Shown in pieces: positions 47,482-57,009 of a stretch of DNA of 64,000 nucleotides. A program made the position numbers and the translations under genes. The stretch covers positions 130,596 through 194,595 of the forward strand of contig JAWKUH010000006.1 in assembly GCA_041398665.1 (NCBI GenBank), given 5' to 3'. The DNA comes from Planctomycetota bacterium (GTDB lineage Bacteria; Planctomycetota; UBA1135; GCA-002686595). Every line of letters begins with the position of its first letter. The stretch's first letter is position 1. Below the pieces are notes generated by a model that did no database searches, was not told where the DNA came from, and saw only the letters and a program-made list of their open reading frames with translations.

Positions 47482-48381
47482 GTGGAGCCCCAAGGACTCG
47501 AGTGCTCGCGACGCGCGGGCCGCATCGCCGCCGAGTGCCGGGAATGGGCACGCAGCGCCATCGCGCCCGGAGTGCGCGTGCGCGCGGTGCTCGAAGGCGT
47601 CGAGGAGCGCATCCGCGCGGCGGGAGCGATTCCCGCCTTCCCCGCGCAGTCGAGCATCAACCACGTCGCGGCGCACTACTGCTCGCCCCCCGACGACGAG
47701 ACGACCTACTCCGAGGGCGACTGCGTCAAGGTCGACCTCGGCGTGTGCGTCGACGGCTGGATCGCCGACACCGCCTGCACGGTCGACCTCTCGACGGACG
47801 GACGCTGGGCGGAGCTGATCGGAGCCTCGCAGGCCGCGCTCGCCGCCGCGATCGCGCTGGTCGAGCCGGGCCGACCCGTGGCGGAGATCGGCGCGGCCGT
47901 GGAGCGCGCGATCACGTCGGCGGGCTTCCGCCCCGTGCGCAACCTCACGGGTCACGGTCTCGCGCGCTGGCAGGTCCACACGGCGCCGCAGATCCCCTCG
48001 GTCGACGACCGCAGTCGCGAGAAGCTCAAGGCTGGATCGGTCGTCGCGATCGAACCCTTCGCGTGCACGGGCGAGGGCTACACGCACGAGCGCGGCAAGG
48101 CCGAGGTCTTCATGATGATGCGACCGCCGCGCAACGCGAAGGGCATCGACCGCGACGTGCTGAGGGCGATCGACTCCTGGCGGGGACTGCCGATCGCGCG
48201 GCGCTACTTCGCGGACCTCGACCAGGAGGCCGTCGAGGGCGCGTTCGCGAAGCTCGCGCGCCAGGCCGTGCTCGTCCGCTTCCCTCCGCTCGTCGAGAAG
48301 GAGGGCGTCATGGTCGCGCAGACCGAGCACTCGCTCTACGTGGGGCCGGACGGCGTCGAGATCCTGACAGCGGCGAGCTGA
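47482..48381 (+). CDS. map: Methionine aminopeptidase (short archaeal/type-2-like pita-bread-fold peptidase)
   Basis: GTG start. AGAIPAFPAQSSINHVAAHY, metal-ligand context DCVKVDLGVCVDGWIADTA, VVAIEPFACTGEGY. Confidence 0.7.
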   Translation: MEPQGLECSRRAGRIAAECREWARSAIAPGVRVRAVLEGVEERIRAAGAIPAFPAQSSINHVAAHYCSPPDDETTYSEGDCVKVDLGVCVDGWIADTACTVDLSTDGRWAELIGASQAALAAAIALVEPGRPVAEIGAAVERAITSAGFRPVRNLTGHGLARWQVHTAPQIPSVDDRSREKLKAGSVVAIEPFACTGEGYTHERGKAEVFMMMRPPRNAKGIDRDVLRAIDSWRGLPIARRYFADLDQEAVEGAFAKLARQAVLVRFPPLVEKEGVMVAQTEHSLYVGPDGVEILTAAS

Positions 48382-48400
48382 GCCGACGGGAGTCGCTCCC

Positions 48401-50088
48401 ATGCGCATCGCCCTCGTCACGACGCCGCCCTCCGTCCGATCCGGCATCGGCGACTACACGCGCCACCTCGTTCCCTACGTGAGGGAGCACGCCGACGTCG
48501 ACGTCTACGTCGCGCCGCCGCTCGCGGGCGAGCCGCTCGACGAGGCGCTCGGCGGGGCGTCGCGCGCTCCGTCGACGATCTCGACCCGGTGCAGTACGAC
48601 CACGTCCTGTACCAGCTCGGCAACGAGTCGAACCACGCCTTCGTCGTGCGCGCGCTCCCGCGCCTCGGCGGGACCGTCGTGCTGCACGACTGGGTCCTGT
48701 TCGACATGGCGCTCGCCGCGTACCCGGCCATCGCCCGCGGAGGTCCGAAGGGCGCCGCGCTCGTCCTGCGCGAGGGCGGACTCGGTCAACTCGCACGCTA
48801 CGTCCGCAACTTCGCGGACCGCCGCGTGCAGAAGCGTCGTCCCGAGCGCGAGCCCGACCACACGTCCCTCGTGGGTGAGATCCTCGCGGGCTGGCACGCG
48901 CCCGAGGACCGCGGGCGCTGGACCTGCGACTTCGGCTCGTTCCGCGTGCCCGACCCGGACGCCGACGCGCTCGAGGTCGAGTTCCACGCGCCGCCGGGAC
49001 GCACCGTCACGCTCTGGCGCGACGGGGAGCGACTCGCCGGCTTCGTGACGACGCCGCAGTGCGCGGACACGACCTTCGAGATCGAGCTGCACCGTCCGAG
49101 CGACGCGCCGTTCGTGCTGCGGGCGGACCCCGTCGTCGTCACCGACGAGCAGCGGCGGTACGGCGACTCGCGGAGGCTCGGGACGTTCGTCAAGTCGATC
49201 CGCTACCGCAGCGGCGAGGCCTGGCGCGAGGTCGGTCTCGCGCTCCCGCCCGCCCACCACACGATCCCGGTCACGCTCTCGCGCGACCGCTTCGACCTCC
49301 CGCTCAACGGCTCCGTCCTCCGACACGCCGACTCGTTCATCGTGCACTCCGACTACGTCGGCGATCGCATCCGCGCGGAGCGCGGCGACCACGTGCAGGT
49401 GGGCCGCGTCTGGCACGGCGCCGAGGACCGCAGCGACGACCGCGACCGACGCGACGTCCGCTCGGCGCTCGGTCTGCCCGGAGCGTGGCGCGACGACTTC
49501 GTCGTCGTCAGCTTCGGCGGTGTGCAGCCGCACAAGCGGATCGACAAATTGCTCGACGGTCTGGTGCTCGCGCGCCGCGAACGCCCCGACATCCGACTGG
49601 TCCTCGCGGGCAAGGTCGCGGGCGACTTCTTCGACGCGGCGGACGAGGTCCGACGGCGTCACCTCGACGACGCGGTGCGCCTGACGGGGTTCGTGCCGGA
49701 GGAGATCGGCTGGGAGTGGCTGCGCGCCGGCGACCTCTCCGTGAACCTGCGCGGACCGACGTCGGGCGGCACGTCGGGCGGGATCTTCCAGAGCTTCGGG
49801 CTCGGTCGCGCCGTCATCGCGAGCGACGCCGCCGAGCAGCGCGAGCTGCCCGACGAGTGCACGCTCAAGGTGCCGCTCGGCGAGGGCGAGGTCGAAGCCA
49901 TCGCGCGCACGCTCGTCGACCTGCGCGACCACCCCGAGAAACGCGACGCGCTGGAGCGCGCCGTGCGCCGCTTCGTCGCGACGGAGTGCCACTGGCGGAT
50001 CCAGGCCGAGCACTACCTCGAGCTGCTCGAACGCTTCCGGCCCCCGAGGAGCTCGGGGCGGAGTCGGCCGCTCGTGGCGACGACGTGA
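48401..50088 (+). CDS. GT4-family (GT1-fold) glycosyltransferase; apparent 1-nt frameshift at ~48551-48570
   Basis: N-terminus MRIALVTTPPSVRSGIGDYTRHL in the frame of ORF 48401; the rest (DLDPVQYDHVLYQLGN...EX7E-like AEQRELPDE) in the frame of ORF 48589..50088. Frame change within ggcggggcgtcgcgcgc. Confidence 0.65.
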
Positions 50089-50097
50089 ACCTGCGCG

Positions 50098-50445
50098 TCA
50101 CCCGAGCCTGAGCCCGCACGACGGACAGCGCGTCGGCACGCCGCGGATCGGGTCGCCGCAGGCGGGACACGTGTTCTCGTCGGACTCGAGGTCGACGACG
50201 GTGGAGGCGCGCTCGCGCGCCTCCTCGGGGATCGCCGAGTCGAACTCCGCCTCGATCGCGGCGACCGCCGCTCGCGCCGAGCTGCCCGCGACCGCGAGCA
50301 GGTACTTGGTGCCTCAGGCGTTCGCGTTCTGGCCGGGCGGCTGGACGATCTCCGCGGGGATGCCGGTGGCCGCGAGGGTGCGGCGCATCTCGCGCAGTCG
50401 TTGGAAGCCGCCCTGCGCGACGAAGATCAGGTCGTCGCCGTTCAC
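50098..50445 (-). CDS. Small (115-codon) protein with C-terminal zinc-ribbon (CPACGDP...CPSCG) interrupted by an in-frame TGA at codon 44 (50314-50316); pseudogene, recoding or base-call error
   Basis: GTG start 9 nt inside the end of the upstream gene. Translation VNGDDLIFVAQGGFQRLREMRRTLAATGIPAEIVQPPGQNANA*GTKYLLAVAGSS...CPACGDPIRGVPTRCPSCGLRLG*. No start codon after the TGA. Confidence 0.4.
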
Positions 50446-51071
50446 GGTGCGATCCTAGCAAGCCTGCGTCCGCGGCGTCCGCTCCGCGCGGCCTCGTCCT
50501 CGGTCACGAAGTTGGCGATCAGCGGCGTGCCCCACACGTCGCACCCGAGCTCGCGCAACCAGGTCCGCGTGCGGTCGTTGCAGTGGTGGAGCACCGAGTA
50601 GGAGTTCGCGTCGTCGGGGACGAACTCGAGTCGGTAGAGCGTGCTGTAGAGGCGCTCGTCGCGCGCCTCCTCGAAGCGCGCGACGAGGCGCGACTCGAGG
50701 GCGGCCGCCGCACCGCGCTCGACGTCGAGCCCGATCACCTTCTCGGCCCAGAACGCGCGGGCGATCGCGTCCGCTTCGGGCGGCCCGTTCCAGGGCGCGC
50801 GACCGAGCGCCGCGCGCGTCGGCCAGAACAGCACGGCGGGCAGGCGCCACCAGTCCGTGTCGTCGAGCGCGAACCAGCGCCACTCGCCCCACGCCCACAG
50901 GTCGTGACCCGTGCCGTCCGAGCGCGGCAGCACGAGCGCGGAATGGCGACCCTGGTCGACGACGAAGACGCGAACGGGGTCGACGACGTCCCGCGGGGGG
51001 ACGACGACGGCGCGACAGCTCGCGAGCGTGAGCGCGGCGGCGAGCGCGAGGGCCCGCGCGTCGCGCTTCAC
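50442..51071 (-). CDS. Lipoprotein, DUF2459-like (conserved hypothetical)
   Basis: GTG start. Lipobox LTLASC. Conserved-looking HCNDRTRTWLRELGCDVWG. 4-nt overlap with the upstream His-rich lipoprotein gene. Confidence 0.5.
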   Translation of the reverse strand: MKRDARALALAAALTLASCRAVVVPPRDVVDPVRVFVVDQGRHSALVLPRSDGTGHDLWAWGEWRWFALDDTDWWRLPAVLFWPTRAALGRAPWNGPPEADAIARAFWAEKVIGLDVERGAAAALESRLVARFEEARDERLYSTLYRLEFVPDDANSYSVLHHCNDRTRTWLRELGCDVWGTPLIANFVTEDEAARSGRRGRRLARIAP

Positions 51072-51556
51072 GGGATCAGTCGGATCACGGCCGTCGCCTT
51101 CGTGCCGTCGGGTCCCTCGAGCTCGAGCGAGAGCGTCGCTCCGCTCTCGATCCCGGCGGGCAGCTCGCCGACGTGCAGGTCGAAGTCGGAGCCGTTCTCG
51201 GCCTTGGCGGAGGCGCGCAGCGACTTCGCGCCGGTCGCGTCGATCACCTCGCCGCGCACGATCGACACACCCTCCGCCTCGATCTCGAAGGCGAGCTCCT
51301 CGACCGGCGTCGTGCGCGGCCGGAACCACGTGACGTGGACGTCGGCGAAGTCGCCCATCGCGCCCTCGTGGACCGTGACGGGGTCGCCCAGGTCGGCGTG
51401 GTCGTGCGCGTGGTCGTGGTCGGCGTGGTCCTCCGCGCCGTGGTCGTGATCGGCGTGGTCGTCGGCATGGGTCGCAGCCTGACCGCCGTCGTTCGAGCCG
51501 CCGCCGCAGGACGGCAGGAACGCGAGGAGGGCGAGGAGGATCGTCGTCGAACGCAT
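51068..51556 (-). CDS. Lipoprotein with His/Asp-rich metal-binding-like tract
   Basis: Lipobox FLPSCGGG followed by HADDHADHDHGAEDHADHDHAHDHADLGD, then a beta-rich domain. Confidence 0.6.
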   Translation of the reverse strand: MRSTTILLALLAFLPSCGGGSNDGGQAATHADDHADHDHGAEDHADHDHAHDHADLGDPVTVHEGAMGDFADVHVTWFRPRTTPVEELAFEIEAEGVSIVRGEVIDATGAKSLRASAKAENGSDFDLHVGELPAGIESGATLSLELEGPDGTKATAVIRLIP

Positions 51557-51644
51557 GGTGGTGTCTCCGTGGGGTGCGTCGGTTCGGGTTCGTCTCGTCG
51601 AACGCCGCGGTGGCGCGTCGACATGGGCCGGGTCTCGGCGAACG

Positions 51645-54329
51645 TCAGCGACGCTCGAGGTCGTCGCGCCAGCGCTGGAGCAGCGTCAGCGCCTGGATCG
51701 GCGTCGTCCGATCGAGGTCGAGCGCGCGGATCTCGCGTTCGACCTCGCTCTCCGGTGCGTCGAAGAACGAGAGCTGGCGCGGTGCGCCGGGACGCCGCTC
51801 GGGACCGCCGGGTTCGAGGTACGCCGACTCGTCCTCGAGGCTCGCGAGGACCTGGCGCGCGCGTTCGAGCACGGGCGCCGGCACGCCGGCGAGTCGCGCG
51901 ACGTGGATGCCGTACGAGCGGTCGGTCCCGCCCTCCTGGATCGTGTGCAGGAACACGATCTCCTCGCCCCATTCGCGCACGGCGACGGAGAGGTTGAAGA
52001 CGCCGGCGAGGCGGTCCGCGAGATCCGTGAGCTGGTGGTAGTGCGTGGCGAACAGCCCGCGCGCACGGACGGCCTCGTGGAGGTGCTCCACGATCGCCCA
52101 GGCGAGTGCGAGGCCGTCGAACGTGCTCGTACCGCGCCCCACCTCGTCGAGCACGACGAGCGAGCGCTCCGTCGCGTTGTTGAGGATGTTCGCGATCTCG
52201 ACCATCTCGACCATGAAGGTCGACTCGCCGCGGCTGATGTCGTCGCCGCTCCCCACGCGCGTGAAGATGCGGTCGACGACGCCGACGCGCGCCGACTCGG
52301 CCGGGACGAAGCTCCCGATCTGCGCGAGCAACGCGATCAGTGCGGTCTGGCGGATGTAGGTCGACTTGCCCGCCATGTTCGGCCCCGTGAGGATGCCGAC
52401 GAGACGACCGTTCGACGCGTCGCCGTCGAGCCGCGTGTCGTTCGGCACGAACGTCTCGCAGGTCGGCGAGAGCTCGATCACGGGGTGCCTGCCGCCGACG
52501 ACCTCGAGGACCGTCGAGTCGTCGACCTCGGGGCGGACGTAGCGGTTCGTCGCGGCGCACTCCGCGAGCGAGACCAGGGCGTCGAGCGTCGCGACCGCGT
52601 CCGCCGTCTCGAGGATGCGGTCGGTGTGCTTCGCGATCTCGTCGCGGAGCGCCATGAAGATCTCGTACTCGAGCTCCTGCGCGCGCTCCTCGGCGGTGAG
52701 GACCTTGGTCTCGAACTCCTTGAGCTCCGACGTGATGTAGCGCTCGGCCGTCTTGACCGTCTGCTTGCGCACCCACTCCGGCGGCACGCGGTCGACCTGG
52801 CCGCGGGGCACCTCGATGAAGTAGCCGAAGACCGAGTTGAAGCCGACCTTGAGGCCGTTGATGCCGGTGCGCTCGGCCTCGTCGGCCTGCATGCGCGCCA
52901 TCCACGACTTGCCGTCGCCCGCGATGCTGCGCAGCTCGTCGAGCCTCTCGTCGAAGCCGTCGCGCACGAGTCCGCCCTCGCGCAGCGTCATCGGGGGCTC
53001 GTCGACGACCGTCGTGAGCACGCGCTCCGTGACGTCCGTGAGCGGGTCGAGCCGTGCCAGGAGTTCGACGAGCAACGGCGCGCCGCGATCCTCGAGGAGC
53101 TTGCGCAGTTCGGGCACACGTCGCGTCGACTCCGCGAGCGCGCGCACGTCGCGCCCGTTCGCTCGACCCGTCGACACCTTGGCGACGAGTCGTTCGAGGT
53201 CGCGCACGTCGGAGAGGACGCCGCGCAGGTCCTCGCGCACGAAGGACTCCTCGACGAGCTCGGCGACGGCCGTCTGGCGCGCGCGGATCGTCCCGACGTC
53301 GCGCAGCGGAGCGAGGACCCACTCGCGCAGCATCCTGCCGCCCATCGGCGTCGACGTCGCGTCGAGGACGTCGAGCAGCGTGCCTTCGCGCCGCGACCCG
53401 CGCTGCGTCTCGACCAGCTCGAGCGTCGAGCGCGTCGCGCGGTCGAGCACGAGGTGGCGCGAGGGGTCGACGGGCTCGATGCGTCGCACGTGCTGGCACG
53501 CCGCCTTCTGCGTCTCCTCGAGGTACTCGACGAGCGCTCCCGCGGCGGGCACGACGGCCGATCCGTCGTCGACGCCGAAGCCGCCGAGCGTGCGCACGCC
53601 GAAGTGGCGCTCGAGCACGCGACGCGCGGCGCTGCGGTCGAAGCGCCAGGCCTCGCGGTCGCTCGCGAGTTCGTGGTGGAGTCGCTGGAACTCGGTGTGG
53701 ACCTGCGAGTCCGGGTCGAGCGAGTCGAAGGGGACGAGGACCTCGGCCGGCGCGATGCGCGCGAAGAGGTCGAGCAGTCCGGCGTCGTCGGTCTCGCAGA
53801 CCTGGAAGCGTCCGGTCGAGACGTCGACCCAGGCCACGCCGTTCCTCGCTCCTTCTCCTTCGCGGGCCGCGGCCACAGTGCGACGAGGTAGTTCGACGCG
53901 CGCGCGTCGAGCGCGTCCTCCTCCGTCAGCGTCCCGGCGGTGACGACCCGGACGATGCCGCGGTCGACGATACCTTGGTCTTCTTCGGGTCGGCGAGCTG
54001 TTCGCAGATGGCGACCTTGAAGCCCTTGCGCACGAGGCGCAGCAGGTAGCCGTCCACCGACCGGACGGGCACGCCGCACATGGGCAGCGCGGCCTCGTCC
54101 TTGTCGCGCTTGGTGAGCGTGATCCCGAGCTCGCGCGACGCGGTGACCGCGTCGTCCCCGAACATCTCGTAGAAGTCGCCCATCCGGAAGAAGAGCAGTG
54201 CGTCGGGCTGCTCGTCCTTCGCCCGCACTGCTCCATCATCGGCGTCTGCTTGCCGTCGCGGGCACCCGGGCCGGGTGCCCGCCCCGGCCAACTTCCGTCC
54301 GGCGACGCGGGTGGTGCTGCGGGGGTCAT
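51645..54329 (-). CDS. mutS: DNA mismatch repair protein MutS; N-terminal mismatch-binding domain carries three apparent 1-nt frameshifts (~54223, ~53970, ~53849)
   Basis: ATPase/clamp/C-terminal domains intact in one frame ([29 protein letters not shown]). N-terminal TPMMEQ..., [41 protein letters not shown] are distributed over three reading frames. Gene length is a multiple of 3, so the shifts cancel. Confidence 0.85.
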   Translation of the reverse strand: MTPAAPPASPDGSWPGRAPGPGARDGKQTPMMEQCGRRTSSPTHCSSSGWATSTRCSGTTRSPRRASSGSRSPSATRTRPRCPCAACPSGRWTATCCASCARASRSPSANSSPTRRRPRYRRPRHRPGRHRRDADGGGRARRARVELPRRTVAAAREGEGARNGVAWVDVSTGRFQVCETDDAGLLDLFARIAPAEVLVPFDSLDPDSQVHTEFQRLHHELASDREAWRFDRSAARRVLERHFGVRTLGGFGVDDGSAVVPAAGALVEYLEETQKAACQHVRRIEPVDPSRHLVLDRATRSTLELVETQRGSRREGTLLDVLDATSTPMGGRMLREWVLAPLRDVGTIRARQTAVAELVEESFVREDLRGVLSDVRDLERLVAKVSTGRANGRDVRALAESTRRVPELRKLLEDRGAPLLVELLARLDPLTDVTERVLTTVVDEPPMTLREGGLVRDGFDERLDELRSIAGDGKSWMARMQADEAERTGINGLKVGFNSVFGYFIEVPRGQVDRVPPEWVRKQTVKTAERYITSELKEFETKVLTAEERAQELEYEIFMALRDEIAKHTDRILETADAVATLDALVSLAECAATNRYVRPEVDDSTVLEVVGGRHPVIELSPTCETFVPNDTRLDGDASNGRLVGILTGPNMAGKSTYIRQTALIALLAQIGSFVPAESARVGVVDRIFTRVGSGDDISRGESTFMVEMVEIANILNNATERSLVVLDEVGRGTSTFDGLALAWAIVEHLHEAVRARGLFATHYHQLTDLADRLAGVFNLSVAVREWGEEIVFLHTIQEGGTDRSYGIHVARLAGVPAPVLERARQVLASLEDESAYLEPGGPERRPGAPRQLSFFDAPESEVEREIRALDLDRTTPIQALTLLQRWRDDLERR

Positions 54330-54542
54330 GTGGGTCTTCCGGGAGATTCGGGCGGGCGGCAGCGTACTCTGAGCGGCCCGCGTCGCGACCCGCGACGCGC
54401 CGTTCGCGACCCGACGTCCGTGCTCGCCGCCGACTTCCGACCCGAGACGCTCCGCGCTCCCTCCGACCGTCGTCACGACGCTCGTCGAGGCGTCCCTCCC
54501 GCCGCACCGCGCCGACGGAGGACCGCTCTCGTCGTCGCGTCG

Positions 54543-55800
54543 ATGTTCCTCGCCGTCGCGGCGTCGGGATGCGCGGGGTACCCCGAGCGCGCGGGTCGCG
54601 CACTCGCGCAGTACCGCGCCGGCGCCCTCGACGAGGCCGCGACGAGCTTCGAGTCGGGCGACGTCACGGACAGCGCGTTCCTCTCCGGCGCCGAGGTCGG
54701 GATGATCCGCCTCTCGGCCGGTGAGTGGGAGGCGGCGCGCGACGCGCTGACCAGGGCCGCGGAAGCGGCGCGCGACGCCGAGGAGAAGTCGCTGCTCTCG
54801 GTGTCCGAGGGCGCGGAGTCGGTCGGCACGCTGCTCGTCAACGACACCGTGGCGGCGTACACGGGCGAGGGCTACGAGCGCGTGCTCGTCCACGCCGCGC
54901 TCGCGATCGCCTACCTCGCGCTCGGCGACGTCTCCGGCATGCGCGTCGAGACGCGGCGCGCGAACCAGGTCCTCGAGGGCGAGGAGGCGCTGTACGAGAC
55001 GAAGTACGGCGCGGGCGGGCTCGGGCACCTCCTGTCCGCGGTGAGCTACGAGATGGAGCGGCGCCTCGACGAGGCCCTGATCGACTACCGGCGGATGGTG
55101 GAGAAGGGGGTCGGCCTCGAGATCGCGGGGCCGAGGCTGCGCGAGCTCGCGGACTTCTTCGGACGCGACGACGTGGCCGAACTCGTCGCGGACTACGAGC
55201 CGGCGGTGTCCACCGACGAGCCGTACGCGACGGTGTGGGTCCTCGGCGCGATGGGGCTCGCGCCCCAGAAGGTCGAACGGAGCCTCAACCTCCCGACGCC
55301 CGTCGGCTTCGTGCGCATGACGGCGCCGGACTACGTGTCGAGCGGCGGCGCGCGGACGCTCACGCTCGTGCTCCCCGACGCGGGTGAGTCCGTGGCCTGC
55401 ACGGTCGTCGAGGACGTCGACGCCGTCTCGCGCGAGAACCTCTCGGACCGGCTCGCCTGGATCGCGGCGCGGACGGCCGTGCGCGCCGGCATCCGCGCCG
55501 GTGTGCACGAGTACGTCGAGAAGGAGCACGGCGCGCTCGCCGCGTTCGGCGTCGACGTCCTCGGCCTCGCGCTGGAGCGCGCGGATCTGCGCTCGTGGCT
55601 CACGCTCCCGCGCGAGTGGCAGGCGGCGCGCGCCGTCCTGCCCCCGGGGGGCCCACACCCTCGAACTGACCACCTCCGGCGGCGACAGCGTCCGACTCGG
55701 TCGCTACGAACTGGAGGAAGGAGAGACCATGCTGATCTTCGCGCGTAGCGTGGACGGCTGGCTCGAAGCACACCCGATCGGCGGCCTCCGGGTGGAATGA
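54543..55800 (+). CDS. Lipoprotein, hypothetical (helical repeat-like); apparent frameshift at ~55641-55650 in cccccgggggg
   Basis: Lipobox AVAASGC. C-terminal beta-like segment [49 protein letters not shown] in the frame of ORF 55384..55800. Confidence 0.5.
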
Positions 55801-55835
55801 GCCGCCCCTGTCGCACACCCTCGCCACGAACCACG

Positions 55836-56480
55836 ATGAAACTCCTCCAACGCACCACCGTCCTCGCCGCCGCCGCGCTCGCCGTCCTCGCGACGAGCTC
55901 GTGCAGCAGTACGCGCTACGGCGACGCCAAGGCCGTCGAGACCGTCACCGTCGACTGGGGCTCGACCGACCTCCAGACGCTCGCCGGCGGGATGTCGGAC
56001 TCGCTCGTCGACGAACCGAACCTCCAGTACCTCGACCACTCCGGCAAGGGCGACGACAAGCGCGTCATCGTCTACTTCGGCGGCATCGAGAACCGCACCT
56101 CCGAGCACATCGACACGATCGCGATCCGGGACGCGATCCAGTCGACCCTGTTCGACTCGCGCAAGTTCCGCTTCGTCGCGGACACGGCGGGGCAGGACGA
56201 GATCGGCGACCAGGTCCGCTTCCAACAGGGCTCGGGTCGCGTCGACGTCGACCAGGCCAAGGCCTTCGGCAAGCAGCTCGGCGCCGACGTGATCGTCTAC
56301 GGCCGCCTCTTCTCGATCGACAAGCGCAAGGGCGCGAGCGTCGAGAGCCTCGGCACCCGGACGCAGGACGTCTACTACCAGTTCTCGCTGCAGTGCGTGA
56401 ACATCGAGACGAGCGAGGTCCTGTGGACCGAGACCAAGGACATCCGCAAGACGAAGCGGACCGGGCTGTTCGGTAGCTGA
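55836..56480 (+). CDS. LpoB-like lipoprotein (penicillin-binding-protein activator family), tentative
   Basis: Lipobox LATSSC. Pattern resembling the LpoB C-terminal domain (ADVIVYGRLFSI...YQFSLQCVNIETSEVLW). Followed by the perfect palindrome gcgaaacgcggcgtttcgc. Confidence 0.45.
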   Translation: MKLLQRTTVLAAAALAVLATSSCSSTRYGDAKAVETVTVDWGSTDLQTLAGGMSDSLVDEPNLQYLDHSGKGDDKRVIVYFGGIENRTSEHIDTIAIRDAIQSTLFDSRKFRFVADTAGQDEIGDQVRFQQGSGRVDVDQAKAFGKQLGADVIVYGRLFSIDKRKGASVESLGTRTQDVYYQFSLQCVNIETSEVLWTETKDIRKTKRTGLFGS

Positions 56481-56488
56481 CGGCGCCG

Positions 56489-56507
56489 GCGAAACGCGGC
56501 GTTTCGC
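56489..56507 (+). terminator. Perfect 9-bp-stem palindrome gcgaaacgc-g-gcgtttcgc immediately after the lpoB-like stop; terminator candidate
   Basis: Read directly. Confidence 0.4.
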
Positions 56508-57009
56508 GAAGGCCCGCCCCTGGGAGCCGCTCCCGAGGCGGGGATCGTCGGTCGGGCCGCACCCTCCCGCGCGGCTCGACCGGCTGGTTCCCGTCAAGAG
56601 TCTCACAAGCTCCCAGCGACCTCCCACGGGCCACCTGGAGGCCGCTCGGCGGGGACTTCGGGGCCCGCAGAGGCCGCCGAAACCCGCGGAATTCCCGAAC
56701 CTCGCCGGTGCCTCGGCCGCGTAGACAAGGAGTCGAGGCGGCGGCCGGACCGCCTCGGAGCGCCGCCCGGCTCCCCCTGGGCGGTGACCGATGGGAAATA
56801 GGGGGTCTGTGAATGACCGGTGGGGCGTCGCTCTCGCGAGGGAGCGGCGCCCTTCTCGTTCGGGTGCGTTCCGCGCCGAGGGCGAGAGGCAGGGGGTACG
56901 GCTCGACGGCGGCGCCGCGTGCGGCCGATGGAGGGAGTCGGTGCGAAACCGGCCGCTCCCGCGGACCGAGCGCTCCGCCCCGTCGCGCGAACGCCTACCC
57001 TCCTCGCCC

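Noticed and set aside
50314-50316. Selenocysteine codon in the zinc-ribbon gene
   Set aside because: Not firmly rejected but down-weighted. The local peptide context is not a CxxU/UxxC redox site, and no convincing bSECIS-like hairpin with the expected spacing was recognisable by eye. Retained as a finding with alternatives.
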